From assembly GCA_030390025.1 (NCBI GenBank), contig CM059431.1, positions 142,540,001 to 142,604,000 of the forward strand: a stretch of 64,000 nt of DNA, in the 5' to 3' direction. Source of the stretch: Squalus acanthias (taxonomy: Eukaryota). Numbering within the stretch: the first letter of the stretch is position 1; each line of letters starts with the position of its first letter. Below are positions 13,198 to 24,140 of this stretch, piece by piece. The position numbers and the translations under genes were made by a program. The notes under the pieces were generated by a model. The model had not been told where the DNA came from. It saw nothing but the letters and a program-made list of their open reading frames with translations, and did no database searches.

Positions 13198-14147
13198 GAT
13201 TTTTATCAATGACTTGGAGGAGGGGACTGAAGGGTGGATCAGTAAATTTGCTGATGACACCAAGATTGGTGGAGTAGTGGATGAGGTGGAGGGCTGTTGT
13301 AGGCTGCAAAGTGACATTGATAGGATGCAGAGCTGGGCCGAAAAATGGCAGATGGAATTTAACCCTGATAAGTGCGAGGTGATTCATTTTGGTAGGGCAA
13401 ATTTGAATAAGGATTACAGGGTCAACGGCAGGGTTCTGAGGAATGTGGAGGAACAGAGGGATCTGGGGGTTCATATCCACAGATCTCTGAAGGTTGCCAC
13501 TCAAGTGGATAGAGCAGTAAAGAAGGCCTATAGTGTGTTGGCGTTTATTAACAGAGGGTTTGAGTTTAAGAACCGTGAGGTTATGCTACAACTGTACAGG
13601 ACCTTGGTGAGACCACATTTGGAATATTGTGTGCAGTTCTGGTCACCTCACTATAGGAAGGACGTGGAAGCATTGTAAAGAGTGCAAAGGAGATTTACCA
13701 GGATGCTGCCTGGTTTGGGGGGGAGGTCTTATGAGGAAAGATTGAGGGAGTTAGGGCTTTTCTCTTTAGAGCGGAGGAGGATGAGAGGCGACTTAATAGA
13801 GGTTTATAAGATGATGAGGGGGATAGATAGAGTGGATGTTCAGAGACTATTTCCTCGGGTGGAGGTAGCTGTTACAAGGGGGCATAACTATAAGGTGCAT
13901 GGGGGGGAGATATAGAAGGGATGTCCGAGGTAGATTCTTTACTCAGAGAGTGGTTGGGGTGTGGAATGGACTGCCTGCTGTGATAGTGGAGTCGGACACT
14001 TTAGGAACTTTCAAGCGGTTATTGGATAAGCACATGGAGCACACCAGAATGATTGGGAGTGGGATAGCTTGATCTTGGTTTCGGACAATGCTCGGCACAA
14101 CATCGAGGGCCGAAGGGCCTGTACTGTGCTGTACTGTTCTATGTTCT
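13198..14147 (+). mobile_element. CR1 LINE 3' fragment inserted in the Myb/SANT exon
   Basis: FADDTK RT motif, CR1 C-terminus, TTCTATG tail; TSD ATGT at 13194-13197 and 14148-14151. Confidence 0.92.
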
Positions 14148-15040
14148 ATGTCACTTAATCAGATAGTATTGCAGTTGCAAAAACAAGATCATGTTACAGT
14201 GGCGCTTAATCAAATAAATGAGTCTCTCGTTCGACTCTTGCAGTTGCTTAAACCACTTTCTGCTGCCATTACTTTGACTCCCGCAGAACCGCCCTTACCT
14301 GCTCCCAGCGCAGAAACAGTGCGGGCCCAAGAGCCAGCTGCTCCTCCAGTCGTGATGCAAGCAAACGTTGCTTTGCAGCAGCAGCAGCAGCAGCAGCAGC
14401 CCTGTCAGGAGCCAATTGCTGAAGGGCCAGAGATTGTACACAGGGGCCTTTCACTTGGCAGCAGAGGGCTCCGGTCACGGGGAGGGGGAAAGCGCAGGAG
14501 ACAGTAGGGTGCCACCTATTGCACAATTCACCTCCTTTGACCCTCAGGCACAGATGCAAGGGGGCAAATTGTTCAATTGTTTAATTTTTCGTTTTATTTA
14601 AATGTTAAATGTTGACGTTGCTTTTTTTATTGAAATATATATTTGTGACTGAAAGTGTATGTAACCTTTGCGTTTAAAAAGTACAGCCTCTAATCACTTT
14701 GAAAAAAAATTCAACTTTTTTATTTGCAAAAATATTTAAAATTACAACTGTTTGAAATTTAGAAAATAGCTAGTTTCCATCTTGAATGTCTTAATTGCAC
14801 TAAGAAACCAAAAAAGTCACTTTAAACTGTTTACAAACTTTATTCTAAACTATTATGTTTGCGAATGTTTGAAAAGTAGAAAATAGCTAGTTAACATTTA
14901 AAAGTTATAAACTATGTACATCAACACTGAACCTCAAAAGTCTTTGATGCTGCAATAAAAGTTCACTGTTTCACTTTAAATTGTGTCTGTTCCTTTCTTT
15001 GCCTTGCTGGGGGAGGGGGAGGGGGAGGTACAAGGCGACA

Positions 15041-16189
15041 CTACCTCGTGAAGGTGTTGGCTACCAGCTGCTCCCGAGCAGCCTTACTTTCAGCAGCACT
15101 TGGCTCCTCCCCATCAGGCCTGGCCACAGGCACATCGGCATCGTCCATGTCCTCCATTTCAGCAGGGAGCTCCTCTGCGGGGTTAAGGGTCAGTCCTTCC
15201 CGCAGGGCAAAGTTCTGCAAAGCACAACAGGCCACCACAATCCTTGCCACTTTCAGAGGAGAATACTGCAAGGTCCCCCCTGACCTGTCCAGGCACCGGA
15301 AGCGTGATTTCAGAATTCTGATTGTCCTCTCCACCATTTGCCGTGTGGACACGTGTGCCCGGTTGTATCTCTCCTGAGCCTCATTATTGGTCTTGTGGTA
15401 GGGAGTCATCAGCCATGGTCTTAGCGGGTAGCCCTTGTCGCCCAATATCCATGCGGATCCTGGAGGCAATGCGCTGAGGGCGCCATATAAGTTCGAGTTA
15501 TGGAGGACGAAGGAGTCATGATTACTTCCCCAGTGCTCTGCATTCACGTTTAGGATCCTGAGTTGCGCATCACAGACTATCATGACATTCAATGAATGAA
15601 ACCCCTTCCTGTTGATGTATGTCACAGGTGCACTCAGTGGTGCCTTCAATGCAACATGGGTTCCATCAATGGCCCCAATCACTTTGGGGAATCCAGCAAT
15701 GCTATAAAATGCAAGAGCCATCTCCTTTTGATGGCGAGTGGACAAGTCAAAGTCAATGAACTCTGAAGCCCTACGGAAAATGGCATCTGTGACCTGGTGA
15801 ATGCAGGCCCTCGCAGCATTCTTGGAGATGTTGGTAATGTTACCGGTCCTTGACTGAAATGACCCACTTGCAAAGAAGTTCAGTGCTGTGGTTACCTTCA
15901 TGTTCACTGACAAGGCAGTGACGGTCTTCGAGCGTGTTTGAAGGTCCTCCTTTAACATGTCACATAGTCGGCCGATTGCCTCTTTACTGAAGCGCAGCCT
16001 CCTCACACACAACTCCTCCGACAGCATCTCAAATGACAGCCTCTCCCTGTACACTCTCTGGGGAGGGTAGTAGTTTCTCCTGATCTGGAGACGGTTATGG
16101 TTTCTCAGTCTTCTTTCTTGTTCCCTGGCGTTTCCAATTCTCTGAAGCAAAATCGCACCGAGGATCAGGGCAACATCCTCAAGGGGCAT
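15041..16189 (-). CDS. Harbinger (HARBI1-like) DDE transposase, 382 aa, open frame
   Basis: GFPKVIGAIDGTH, YINRKGFHSLNV, GSNHDS, LGDKGYPL..WLMTP, YN.AH..TR..VERT..LK.RFRCLD; N-terminal HTH-like RLRFSKEAI..LC. Confidence 0.93.
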   Translation of the reverse strand: MPLEDVALILGAILLQRIGNAREQERRLRNHNRLQIRRNYYPPQRVYRERLSFEMLSEELCVRRLRFSKEAIGRLCDMLKEDLQTRSKTVTALSVNMKVTTALNFFASGSFQSRTGNITNISKNAARACIHQVTDAIFRRASEFIDFDLSTRHQKEMALAFYSIAGFPKVIGAIDGTHVALKAPLSAPVTYINRKGFHSLNVMIVCDAQLRILNVNAEHWGSNHDSFVLHNSNLYGALSALPPGSAWILGDKGYPLRPWLMTPYHKTNNEAQERYNRAHVSTRQMVERTIRILKSRFRCLDRSGGTLQYSPLKVARIVVACCALQNFALREGLTLNPAEELPAEMEDMDDADVPVARPDGEEPSAAESKAAREQLVANTFTR

Positions 16190-16291
16190 GTTTCTCCCTC
16201 ACAGGCTTCCTCTTTAAACAGATAAAGTACTTGTAAGGAAAAAAATGGAAAGATTTGTAAAAGTAATTTTAATAAAGTGAGTGGCTGGAAA

Positions 16292-16432
16292 ATCACGTGG
16301 GGCTCTGGTGTGAAACGTGCGGTATCGGATCGGGCACACCTCATACCCGCCTGATCAATATCACGTGGGGCTCTGGTGTGCAACGTGCGGTATCGGATCG
16401 GGCACACGTCATACCCGTCTGATCAATATCAC
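16292..16432. repeat. ~68-bp tandem duplication upstream of the transposase
   Basis: Two copies of ATCACGTGGGGCTCTGGTGTG..ACGTGCGGTATCGGATCGGGCACAC.TCATACCCG.CTGATCAAT. Confidence 0.85.
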
Positions 16433-17618
16433 GGCCCAAGATGATTTTCCAATAACTAACATTTTCAGAAAGTCATACATACATACTTAAAGGAATATAA
16501 TTGATATTTTCTTTTTTTAAACTTTTGTAAATATTACAGAATTCATTTTTAAACAGTCATTTTCACATTTAAGAAAAAATCTAATTCAATTAGGTCTTGC
16601 ACACAGCAAGAGTTGCTCCTTATAACTACACAACTCAAAACATGGTCCAAACCCGTTTTTTACAAATTTTTAAAGTTGGAAACTTACCTCAGACTTTCTG
16701 AAAAGAACTTTGCTCCCTTTCACAATTAAAAATATTCTGTTTAGTAGCCCCACTGCTGAAAGAGTTCTTCCTGATTGTCCAGGAGCTTCTGCCAAGGCTG
16801 TACGCCTGCTTTTTCCACGCGCAGCTGCTAGGGACTTACCCGCACTGCACCAGCTGAGAAAAACACGGAAGTTCCAGGTCTACGCGCTGCCTCTCCGGCG
16901 CAAGCGTTTGACCTGTGATCCCCTTCCTTCAATAGAACGGAAGTTCCAGTTTCCAGCGCATGCGCGAAACCGGCACTTCCGTTGGCCCTAAGGGTGAGTA
17001 CACAGCGCGTACACACCCGCGGGGAACGGGATTTCAGGGCCAAATCGGGCCAGAAATTCAGGTCGGAGGCTTCCCGCGGGTGCAAGCCCCCAACCTGCAC
17101 TTACATAGCGCGCCTGCCGTTGTGATGTGGGCCCGCGTGGGATTCCGATCCTGGGCCTCCTGCAGCTGCCGGCGCACAGTGCTCGCGTATCCCAGGGACG
17201 CAGTTAGTTCGAAGCGTCCCCTGGGATCACGTGGGCCATGGAGAGCCAATCGGAGCAGGGAATCTCCATTCATAGATTTGACAGGAAGACCTGTCAAATC
17301 TATGAATAGAGATCGGCCCCAAAACCTAAGTAAAACTTAAAATAAATTTAAAAAAACATCACATTTTTAAAATAACTATAAATTACATAAATTAACTATT
17401 TTAAACAATAATTTACATTTTTGAAAAACTTAATTACAGTTTTTAACGGGGCTAAAAATAAACTTACCTTTCTTTAAAGTATTTAAAAAAGATAAACCTG
17501 TGGGGAAAATGTTTTAATTTTAGTTCATTCCCCACTTACCTTGTTAAAAGCAGGAATAACAACAGAAAACGCTGGAAAAACTCAGCAGGCCAGGCAGCAT
17601 CCGTGGAGAGAGAAAGAG

Positions 17619-17655
17619 AGTTAACGTTTCAGGTCGATGACCTTTCATCAGAACT
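17619..17655 (-). ncRNA. Minimal type I hammerhead ribozyme motif
   Basis: AGUU-CUGAUGA-A-AGGUC-AUC-GACCU-GAAAC-GUU-AACU: complete core, helix II, palindromic helix III (AACGUU), helix I AGUU/AACU. Confidence 0.8.
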
Positions 17656-17934
17656 GTGAAGAGCCGGAAATCAAATAGATTTAAGGCCAGAGTAAAGCTG
17701 GGAAAAGGGGGAGGGGATAAAAGAACAAAGGGGGAGATGAAGAGACATTAAGAGACATTAAGAGATATGCAAGGCTAGAGGTGGTGTTAATGTGACAGAT
17801 TAAGGCTGAAAGAAGTGTGAAATCCACTGGCAGAATGAAGGACAGCTGCCAGCTTCTAGGAGGAAAAAAAAGGTGGGGGGGGGGGCAAATAAAAGGGTGG
17901 AAAAAATAAAATATAAATGTGATTGGAGCTGAGG

Positions 17935-19767
17935 TTATGATCTAAAATTGTTGAACTCGATATTGAGTCCAGAGGGCTGTAGCGTGCCTAAACGAAAGAT
18001 GAGGTGCTGTCCAAAAATGTGTGGGTTAGGTTGATTTGGCTATGATAAATTGACCCTTAGTGTTCGGGGGGGATTAAATATGTGGGGATAGGATGGGATA
18101 TGTCAGGGGGAATTAAATACGTGGGGTTATGGGGGTAGGGTGGGATATGTGTACTGTGGGGATTAAAGCAGGGACAGGGTACTGGATTTGGATGATCAGC
18201 CATGATCGTATTGAATGGTGGAGCAGGCTCGACGGGCCGAATGGCCTACTCCTGCTCCTAGATTCTATGTTTCTATGTTTCTATGTTTCTATGTTTCCTC
18301 AAGCTTACGCTGCGCTTCCGTGGAACAGTGTAATAGGCCGAGGACGGTGAGGTCAGAGTGGGAGTGAAGCGGTGAATTAAAGTGACAGGCCACCGGGAGC
18401 TCGGGGTCCCCCTTACGGACTGAACGGAGGTGTTCCGCAAAGCGGTCACCCAATCTGCGTTTGGTCTCCCCAATGTAGAGGAGACCACATCGTGAGCAGC
18501 GAATACAGTATACTAAATTGCAGGAAGTACAAGTAAATCGCTGTTTCACCTGGAAGGGGTGTTTGGGGCCCTGGACAGTGGGAAGAGGGGAGGTGTAAGG
18601 GCATGTGTTGCATCTCCTGCGCGTGCACGGGAAGGTGCCGGGCGAAGGGGAAGGGGTGCTGGGGGTGGTAGAGGAGTGGACTAGGGTGTCGCGGAGGGAG
18701 CGGTCCCTGCGGAATGCTGAAAGGGGAGGTGAGGGAAAGATGTGTTTGGTGGTGGGATCACGCTGGAGGTGGCGGAAATGGCGGAGGATGATCCGTTGAA
18801 TGTGGAGGCTGGTGGGGTGAAAGGTGAGGACAAGGGGAACCCTATCGTGGTTCCGGGAGGGAGGGGCAGGGGTGAGGGCAGAAGTGCGGGAGATAGAACG
18901 GACACGGTCGAGGGCCGTGTCGACCACGGTAGAGGGGAATCCTCGGTTGAGGAAAAAGGAAGACATGTCGGAAGCACTGGTATGGAAGGTGGCATCATCA
19001 GAGCAGATGCGGCGGAGACGGAGAAACTGGGAGAATGGAATAGAGTCCTTACAGGAGGCGGGGTGGGAGGAAGTGTAGTCCAGGTAGCTGTGGGAGTCAG
19101 TGGGCTTGTAGTGAATGTTAGTCAATAACCTATCCCCAGAGATGGAGATGGAGAAGTCGAGGAAGGGAAGGGAAGAGTCGGAGATGGACCATGTGAAGGT
19201 GAGGGAAGGGTGGAAATTGGAAGCATAGTGAATGAAATGTTCTAGTTCAGGGCGAGAGCAGGAGACGGCACCGATACAGTCATCAATGTACCAGAAAAAG
19301 AGGTGAGGGAGGGGACCCGAGTAGGACTGGAACAAAGAGTGTTCCACATATCCCACGAAAAGGCAGGCATAGCTAGGACCCATGCGGGTACCCATAGCAA
19401 CACCTTTAATTTGGAGGAAATGGGTAGAGTCAAAGGAGAAGTTGTTCAATGTGAGAACAAGTTCAGCCAGGCGGAGGAGGGTGGTGGTGGATGGGGACTG
19501 GTTGGGCCTCTGTTCAAGGAAGAAGCGGAGCGCCCTCAGGCCATCCTGGTGGGGAATGGAGGTGTAGAGGGATTGTACGTCCATAGTGAAGAGGAGACGG
19601 TTGGGGCCGGGAAACTGGAAACTGTTAAAATGGCGGAGGGCATCGGAAGAGTCGCGGATGTAGGTGGGAAGAGACTGGACAAGGGGAGAAAAAATAGAGT
19701 CGAGGTAGGAAGAGATAAGTTCCGTGGGGCAAGAACAGGCTGAAACGATGGGTCTACCGGGGCAGTC
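17935..19767 (-). pseudogene. Penelope RT/GIY-YIG endonuclease ORF (5'-truncated, split by a SINE)
   Basis: PGRPIVS, MDVQSLYTSIP, GVAMGTRMGPSYA, YIDD, LPFLD; NLVYCIRCSRCGLLYIGET.R.L..RF.EH; frame resumes across the SINE as QHLIFRLGTLQPSGLNIEFNNFRS*. Confidence 0.9.
18011..18295 (+). mobile_element. SINE fragment (HE1-like body) with a CR1-type 3' tail
   Basis: CCAAAAATGTGTGGGTTAGGTTGATTTGGCTATGATAAATTGACCCTTAGTG body followed by a CR1 tail ending in (TTTCTATG)n; interrupts the Penelope ORF. Confidence 0.65.
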
Positions 19768-19821
19768 CTGTTAAAAGCAGGCCTTGACTAACCTTCACTC
19801 CAAAACCTGTAAAAACCGGAA

Positions 19822-20001
19822 TAACAACAGAAAACGCTGGAAAAACTCAGCAGGCCAGGCAGCATCCGTGGAGAGAGAGAGTTAACGTTTCAGGTAAACG
19901 TTAACTCTCTTTCTCTCTCCACGGATGCTGCCTGGCCTGCTGAGTTTTTCCAGCGTTTTCTGTTGTTATTTCGGATTTCCAGCATCCGCAGTATTTTGTT
20001 A
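19822..20001. mobile_element. Fold-back Penelope-derived short insertion
   Basis: Two inverted copies of the Penelope 3' end; TSD CTGTAAAAACCGGAA at 19807-19821 and 20002-20016. Confidence 0.88.
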
Positions 20002-20165
20002 CTGTAAAAACCGGAAGTTCGCTGCGCGCGCGCTGCCTCTCCCGCGCACGCGGTTGACCCTTGAACCCCTTCTTTCACCAGACCAGAAGTTCCGGTTTCC
20101 CGCGCATGCGCAGTGGAATCTTCGAGCAGAAAGCAGCTTTTCACCAGAGGGTGAAACTCGGGCCC

Positions 20166-20620
20166 AAATCTCAACAACAAGGATCAGCTCAAATGATCAA
20201 ACTGTGAGTCGCTCCGTGAAAACCAGCCATTGGCTGCAGTGAATGTCCACAGACGGAGCTTGCAGAGAGACGGAGAATCCCGGGGACCAGGGTAATGTGA
20301 ATGGAGCTCTGAACCTGTATTCTGTCTCACTCGGCATTGATTCTTTACTCTACCCGTTTAAAGCCGGGCTCTCCCGGGGAGATTCTGTTCCACGGGCCGC
20401 TGTGGCCAATCCATTCCCGGGCGGCTATCGCCATTCTCTGTGTCCGCTCGGACAGTGACCGAGGGCGGTCTGTCCAACACTGGGACCCTCGGCTCAACCT
20501 GCTCCCGTTCCCCACCATCCCTCTCATTGTTCAGAGGGGTCGAGCGAGAGTGACCAGGAACACGGGCTCCATAGTGTCCGCCAATTCCTAGGCTGGTCAG
20601 GTAGACAGTGGTGGGATTGT
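20166..20620 (+). promoter_or_regulatory. Candidate promoter and non-coding first exon, possibly of the NLR gene
   Basis: CpG-enriched; ATTGG at 20228, donor-like CAGG|GTAATG at 20292, CCAAT at 20406. Confidence 0.35.
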
Positions 20621-20959
20621 GGAAGGAGTTTAATGTAACACAATGTGGGACAATACACTCTGGATTGAAGAGTTACAGACTGGAATACAGCGTGAATAGG
20701 GAATGACTGGGAGAGGGTCACACGGAGTTCACTCTAGATACAGAAATCACTAAACCTTGGATTCCAGCTCTAAACAACACTCGAGGTCACTGCAGTTGTT
20801 CAGTGAGCTGGAACTCGGTGTGTTGAGCTTGGGACGCCTGTCCCAGGAAGGACAGATTGGCTCTGGAGGGAGTCTGGCTGGAATTGTTCAGGGTGAGAGC
20901 TGAGATGAAGGGACTGAGCTATGATGAGAGACTCGGTTTACTTTAGTAAGATGGTTAAA

Positions 20960-23870
20960 CATAAAGTGAGAGGAAATCCTATTAAAAATGAGTTAAACTG
21001 TCTGTACAGCAATGCACACAGTGTCCGTAATAAAACAGAGGAGTTGGAGGCAATCATACGTCGTGAGGAACCAGACATAATCGTGATTACTGAGACATAG
21101 CTACAGAAAAATCAGGACTGGGAATTAAACATTGCAGGATATAACATATTTAGAAAAGATAGAGAGGGATAAAGGGGGGGGGGGTGGCGTATCTGTACTT
21201 ATTAGGGATAACATAATGGCAGTAGAAAAAAGTGACGCAAATATCAGCAAGACAAAATAGAATCCATATGGATAGAGATAAAAGATAATAAAGGATCAAT
21301 CACACTAATAGGCGTAGTCTACAGACCACCTAATAGTGGAAGGGAGGTGGAGGAAGAAATATGCAAACAAATTAGGGAAATGAGTAAAAAGCATCGAATA
21401 ATAATCATGGGGGATTTCAACTACCCCGATATTAATTGGACACAAGAGGTAGGTAAAGGGGATAAGGGACTGGAGTTCCTACAATGTGTACAGGACTCTT
21501 TTCTAACCCAATATGTAAAAAGCCCAACCAGGGAGGATTCGATATTGGATCTAGTAATGGGGAATGAGCCAGAGCAGATAAGAGAAGTAAAGGTTGGGGA
21601 ACATATAGGCAATAGTGACCATAATATAATACACTTTAAGATGATAATTGAGAAGGACACAAGTATGATGAAAACCAGGTTAATAGATTGGGGAAAAGTT
21701 GATTTTGAGGAGCTGAGAATTGAACTTGGGAAACAAAAATGGGCAACAATATTTTCAAGCAATGATGCAGAATAGCAATTGGAAACATTAATGGGAAACA
21801 TTTGAAATGGTATTCAACAGAGTGCAGGAAAAATATATTCCACTAAAAGGAAAGAACAAACTAAACAATAATGAGACTCCGTGGATGAATAAAGCCATAA
21901 GGGCAAAATTGAGGGTAAGGAAAGAGGCATACATTAAGTACATAGACAGCAGGGGAGTGCATGATAAGAGAGAATACGAAAAGATTAGGAGAGAAGTCAA
22001 AAATCAATTCGGGAGGCAAATAGGAACTATGAAATTAAATTATCAGGGACCAAACAGTAAAATATTTTATAGGCACATCAATAAAAAATTGAAGGTTGGG
22101 ATGGGAATACGGCCATTAAGGGATAGTCAGGACAATACCACAGGTAACGATAGAGAGATGGCAGAAATATTAAATTATTTTGCTTCAGTATTTACCAGGG
22201 AGATAGAACATTTGGACATGACATTGGATGCTGAGATTAGAAATGATAGAAGTGAATTTAAAATAATAAATGTGATATATTAAATAAATTAATCAAACTC
22301 AAAGAGGATAAAACCCCTGGTCTGGATGGATTGCATCCACGCATTTTAAAAGAATCCTAGGGAAGAGATAGCAGAGGCATTATTACACATATTTAATAAC
22401 TCGTTAGAAAAAGGTATAGAGCCAGAGGACTGGCGGATAGCTAACATAATACCGATATTTAAGAAGGGGGATAGAACATGTCCAGGGAATTATAGACCAG
22501 TCAGCTTAACATCGGTGGTAGGAAAAATAATGGAATCCCTACTAAAGGAGAAAATAGAACATCTAGAAACCAAAAATAATAATGAATATACAACATGGAT
22601 TTCAAAAGGGAAAGTCTTGCTTGACCAACCTTATTGATTTTTTTGGAGAGGTAACCGAGAGAGTAGACAATGGTAATGCAGTAGATGTAATTTATCTGGA
22701 ATTTCAAAAGGCCTTCGATAATGTACCCATAATAGACTGATGAACAAGGTCAGCGACTGCGGAGTCAGGGGAGAAGTAACAGAATGGATTGCTGGCTGGC
22801 TTCAGGACAGAAAGCAGAGAGTAGGAGTAAAGGGTAGCTATTCACAGTGGCAGAAGGTGGGTAGTGGTGTTTTACAAGGATCAGTGCTGGGATTACTGCT
22901 GTTCACAATTTACATTAATGATTTAGACTTGGGAATCAAAAGCACAATTTCTAAATTTGCAGTTGATGCCAAATTGGGCGGGGCGGGGGGTGTTGGTCAT
23001 TACTGAGGAGGACTGCAACAAGATACAGGAGGACATTAATAAACTTGCTGAATGGGCATATAATTGGCAAATGAAGTTCAACACCGATAAATGGGAGGTA
23101 TTACATTTTGGTAGGAAGAATAGTGAGGTCACATCACTTGGAGGGTAGAGGAACAAAGAGATCTAGGAGTACAAATCACTAGAAGTTGCGACACTGGTTA
23201 GCAAGGCCTTAAACCCTAGTTCTTGGTTTGCTTTTTTTTTATTTCTAGAGGTATAGAATTAAAAAGTAAGGAAGTTATGCTAAACCTGTATCGAAGCTTG
23301 GTTAGACCACACTTGCAGTACTGCGTACAGTTCTGGTCGCCATGTTATAAAACGGATATAGAGGCACTGGAGAGGGTGCAGAGATGATTTACAAGGATGA
23401 TACCAGCAATGCGAGGGTATACATATCAGGAAAGGATGAACAGGGTCTCATTTTCCTTGAAAAAAGAAGGCTCAGGGGTGACCCAATAGAGGTATTTAAA
23501 ATAATGAAAGCTTTTGAAAGTGGAAACATTCTCTCTGTATCCACTCTTTTGGGAGGAGCATAACTAAAGGCCATCAATATAAGATAGTCACCAAGCAACC
23601 CAACATGGAATTAAGAAAAAACTTCTTTACCCAAAGAGTGGCGAGAATGTGGAACTCGCTGCCACAGGGAGTGTTTGAAGCGAAAAGTATAGATGCATTT
23701 AAGGGGAGGCTAGACAAGCATATGACGGAGAAGGGAATAGAGGATTATGCTGATAGATTTCGATGAGGAAAGGCGGGAGGGGGCTCGAGAGGAGCATTAA
23801 AGACGGCATAGCCTGTTTGGGCCGAATGGTCTGTTACTGCGTATGTATATCCTATGTAATCCGATGTATG
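20960..23870 (+). mobile_element. CR1 LINE ORF2 remnant
   Basis: Endonuclease (MGDFNYPDINW, LDL..SDHN), RT and 3' tail, with stops and frameshifts. Confidence 0.9.
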
Positions 23871-24140
23871 TGATCCTCTTGTCTCTCGCTCTCCAACACG
23901 GGGACAGTTCAGTCTGAGTGTTCCTGCACTGACCACAGTTAATGCTGGTTCTGATTGTTGAATATTCTGATTAAGATGCCTCACTTATCGCTAGAAACCT
24001 TCCTGCCCTGCCCCGCACAGCCAAACACAGCCCGCCTCTGTCATAAAGGGAGAGGGAGGTAGACCCATTGACTCAGATACACGCTGGTCCTGGAGACGGA
24101 CCGAGGAGAAAGGTCAGAGAGAGTCCCATTGACTCAGATA

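Larger units (their letters stand above)
11116..14507 (+). pseudogene. Harbinger Myb/SANT-like DNA-binding protein gene, spliced and disrupted
   Basis: Candidate exons ..11130, 11298-11557, ~12506-12658, 12761-14507. Myb/SANT-like RTQNFSDDVLSTLLNEVE...AW/VRVAQAV...RTAEQCHKKFSDL, then ERALTGGG..LSEHEERLEQLFG. 1-bp frameshift near 11462, RTE in an intron, CR1 in the last exon. Confidence 0.8.
10849..17041. mobile_element. PIF/Harbinger DNA transposon (two convergent genes)
   Basis: Both ends homologous to the MITE ends (left TIR degenerate, right end GATTTCAGGGCC); contains a Myb/SANT gene (+) and a DDE transposase (-); no clear TSD. Confidence 0.88.
17555..19768 (-). mobile_element. Penelope-like retroelement, 5'-truncated
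   Basis: RT plus GIY-YIG ORF and a 3' region with a hammerhead motif; 13-bp TSD TGTTAAAAGCAGG at 17542-17554 and 19769-19781. Confidence 0.92.
17047..20165 (-). mobile_element. Harbinger-family MITE, opposite orientation, with two Penelope-derived insertions
   Basis: 17047-17554 is the reverse complement of the right part of the 10042 MITE; resumes at 19782-19806 and 20017-20165 and ends GAAACTCGGGCCC. Confidence 0.85.

Noticed and set aside
15041..16189. Assignment as the host gene HARBI1
   Set aside because: It lies within terminal repeats shared with MITEs and next to a Myb/SANT partner, so it is a transposon copy; no gene symbol assigned
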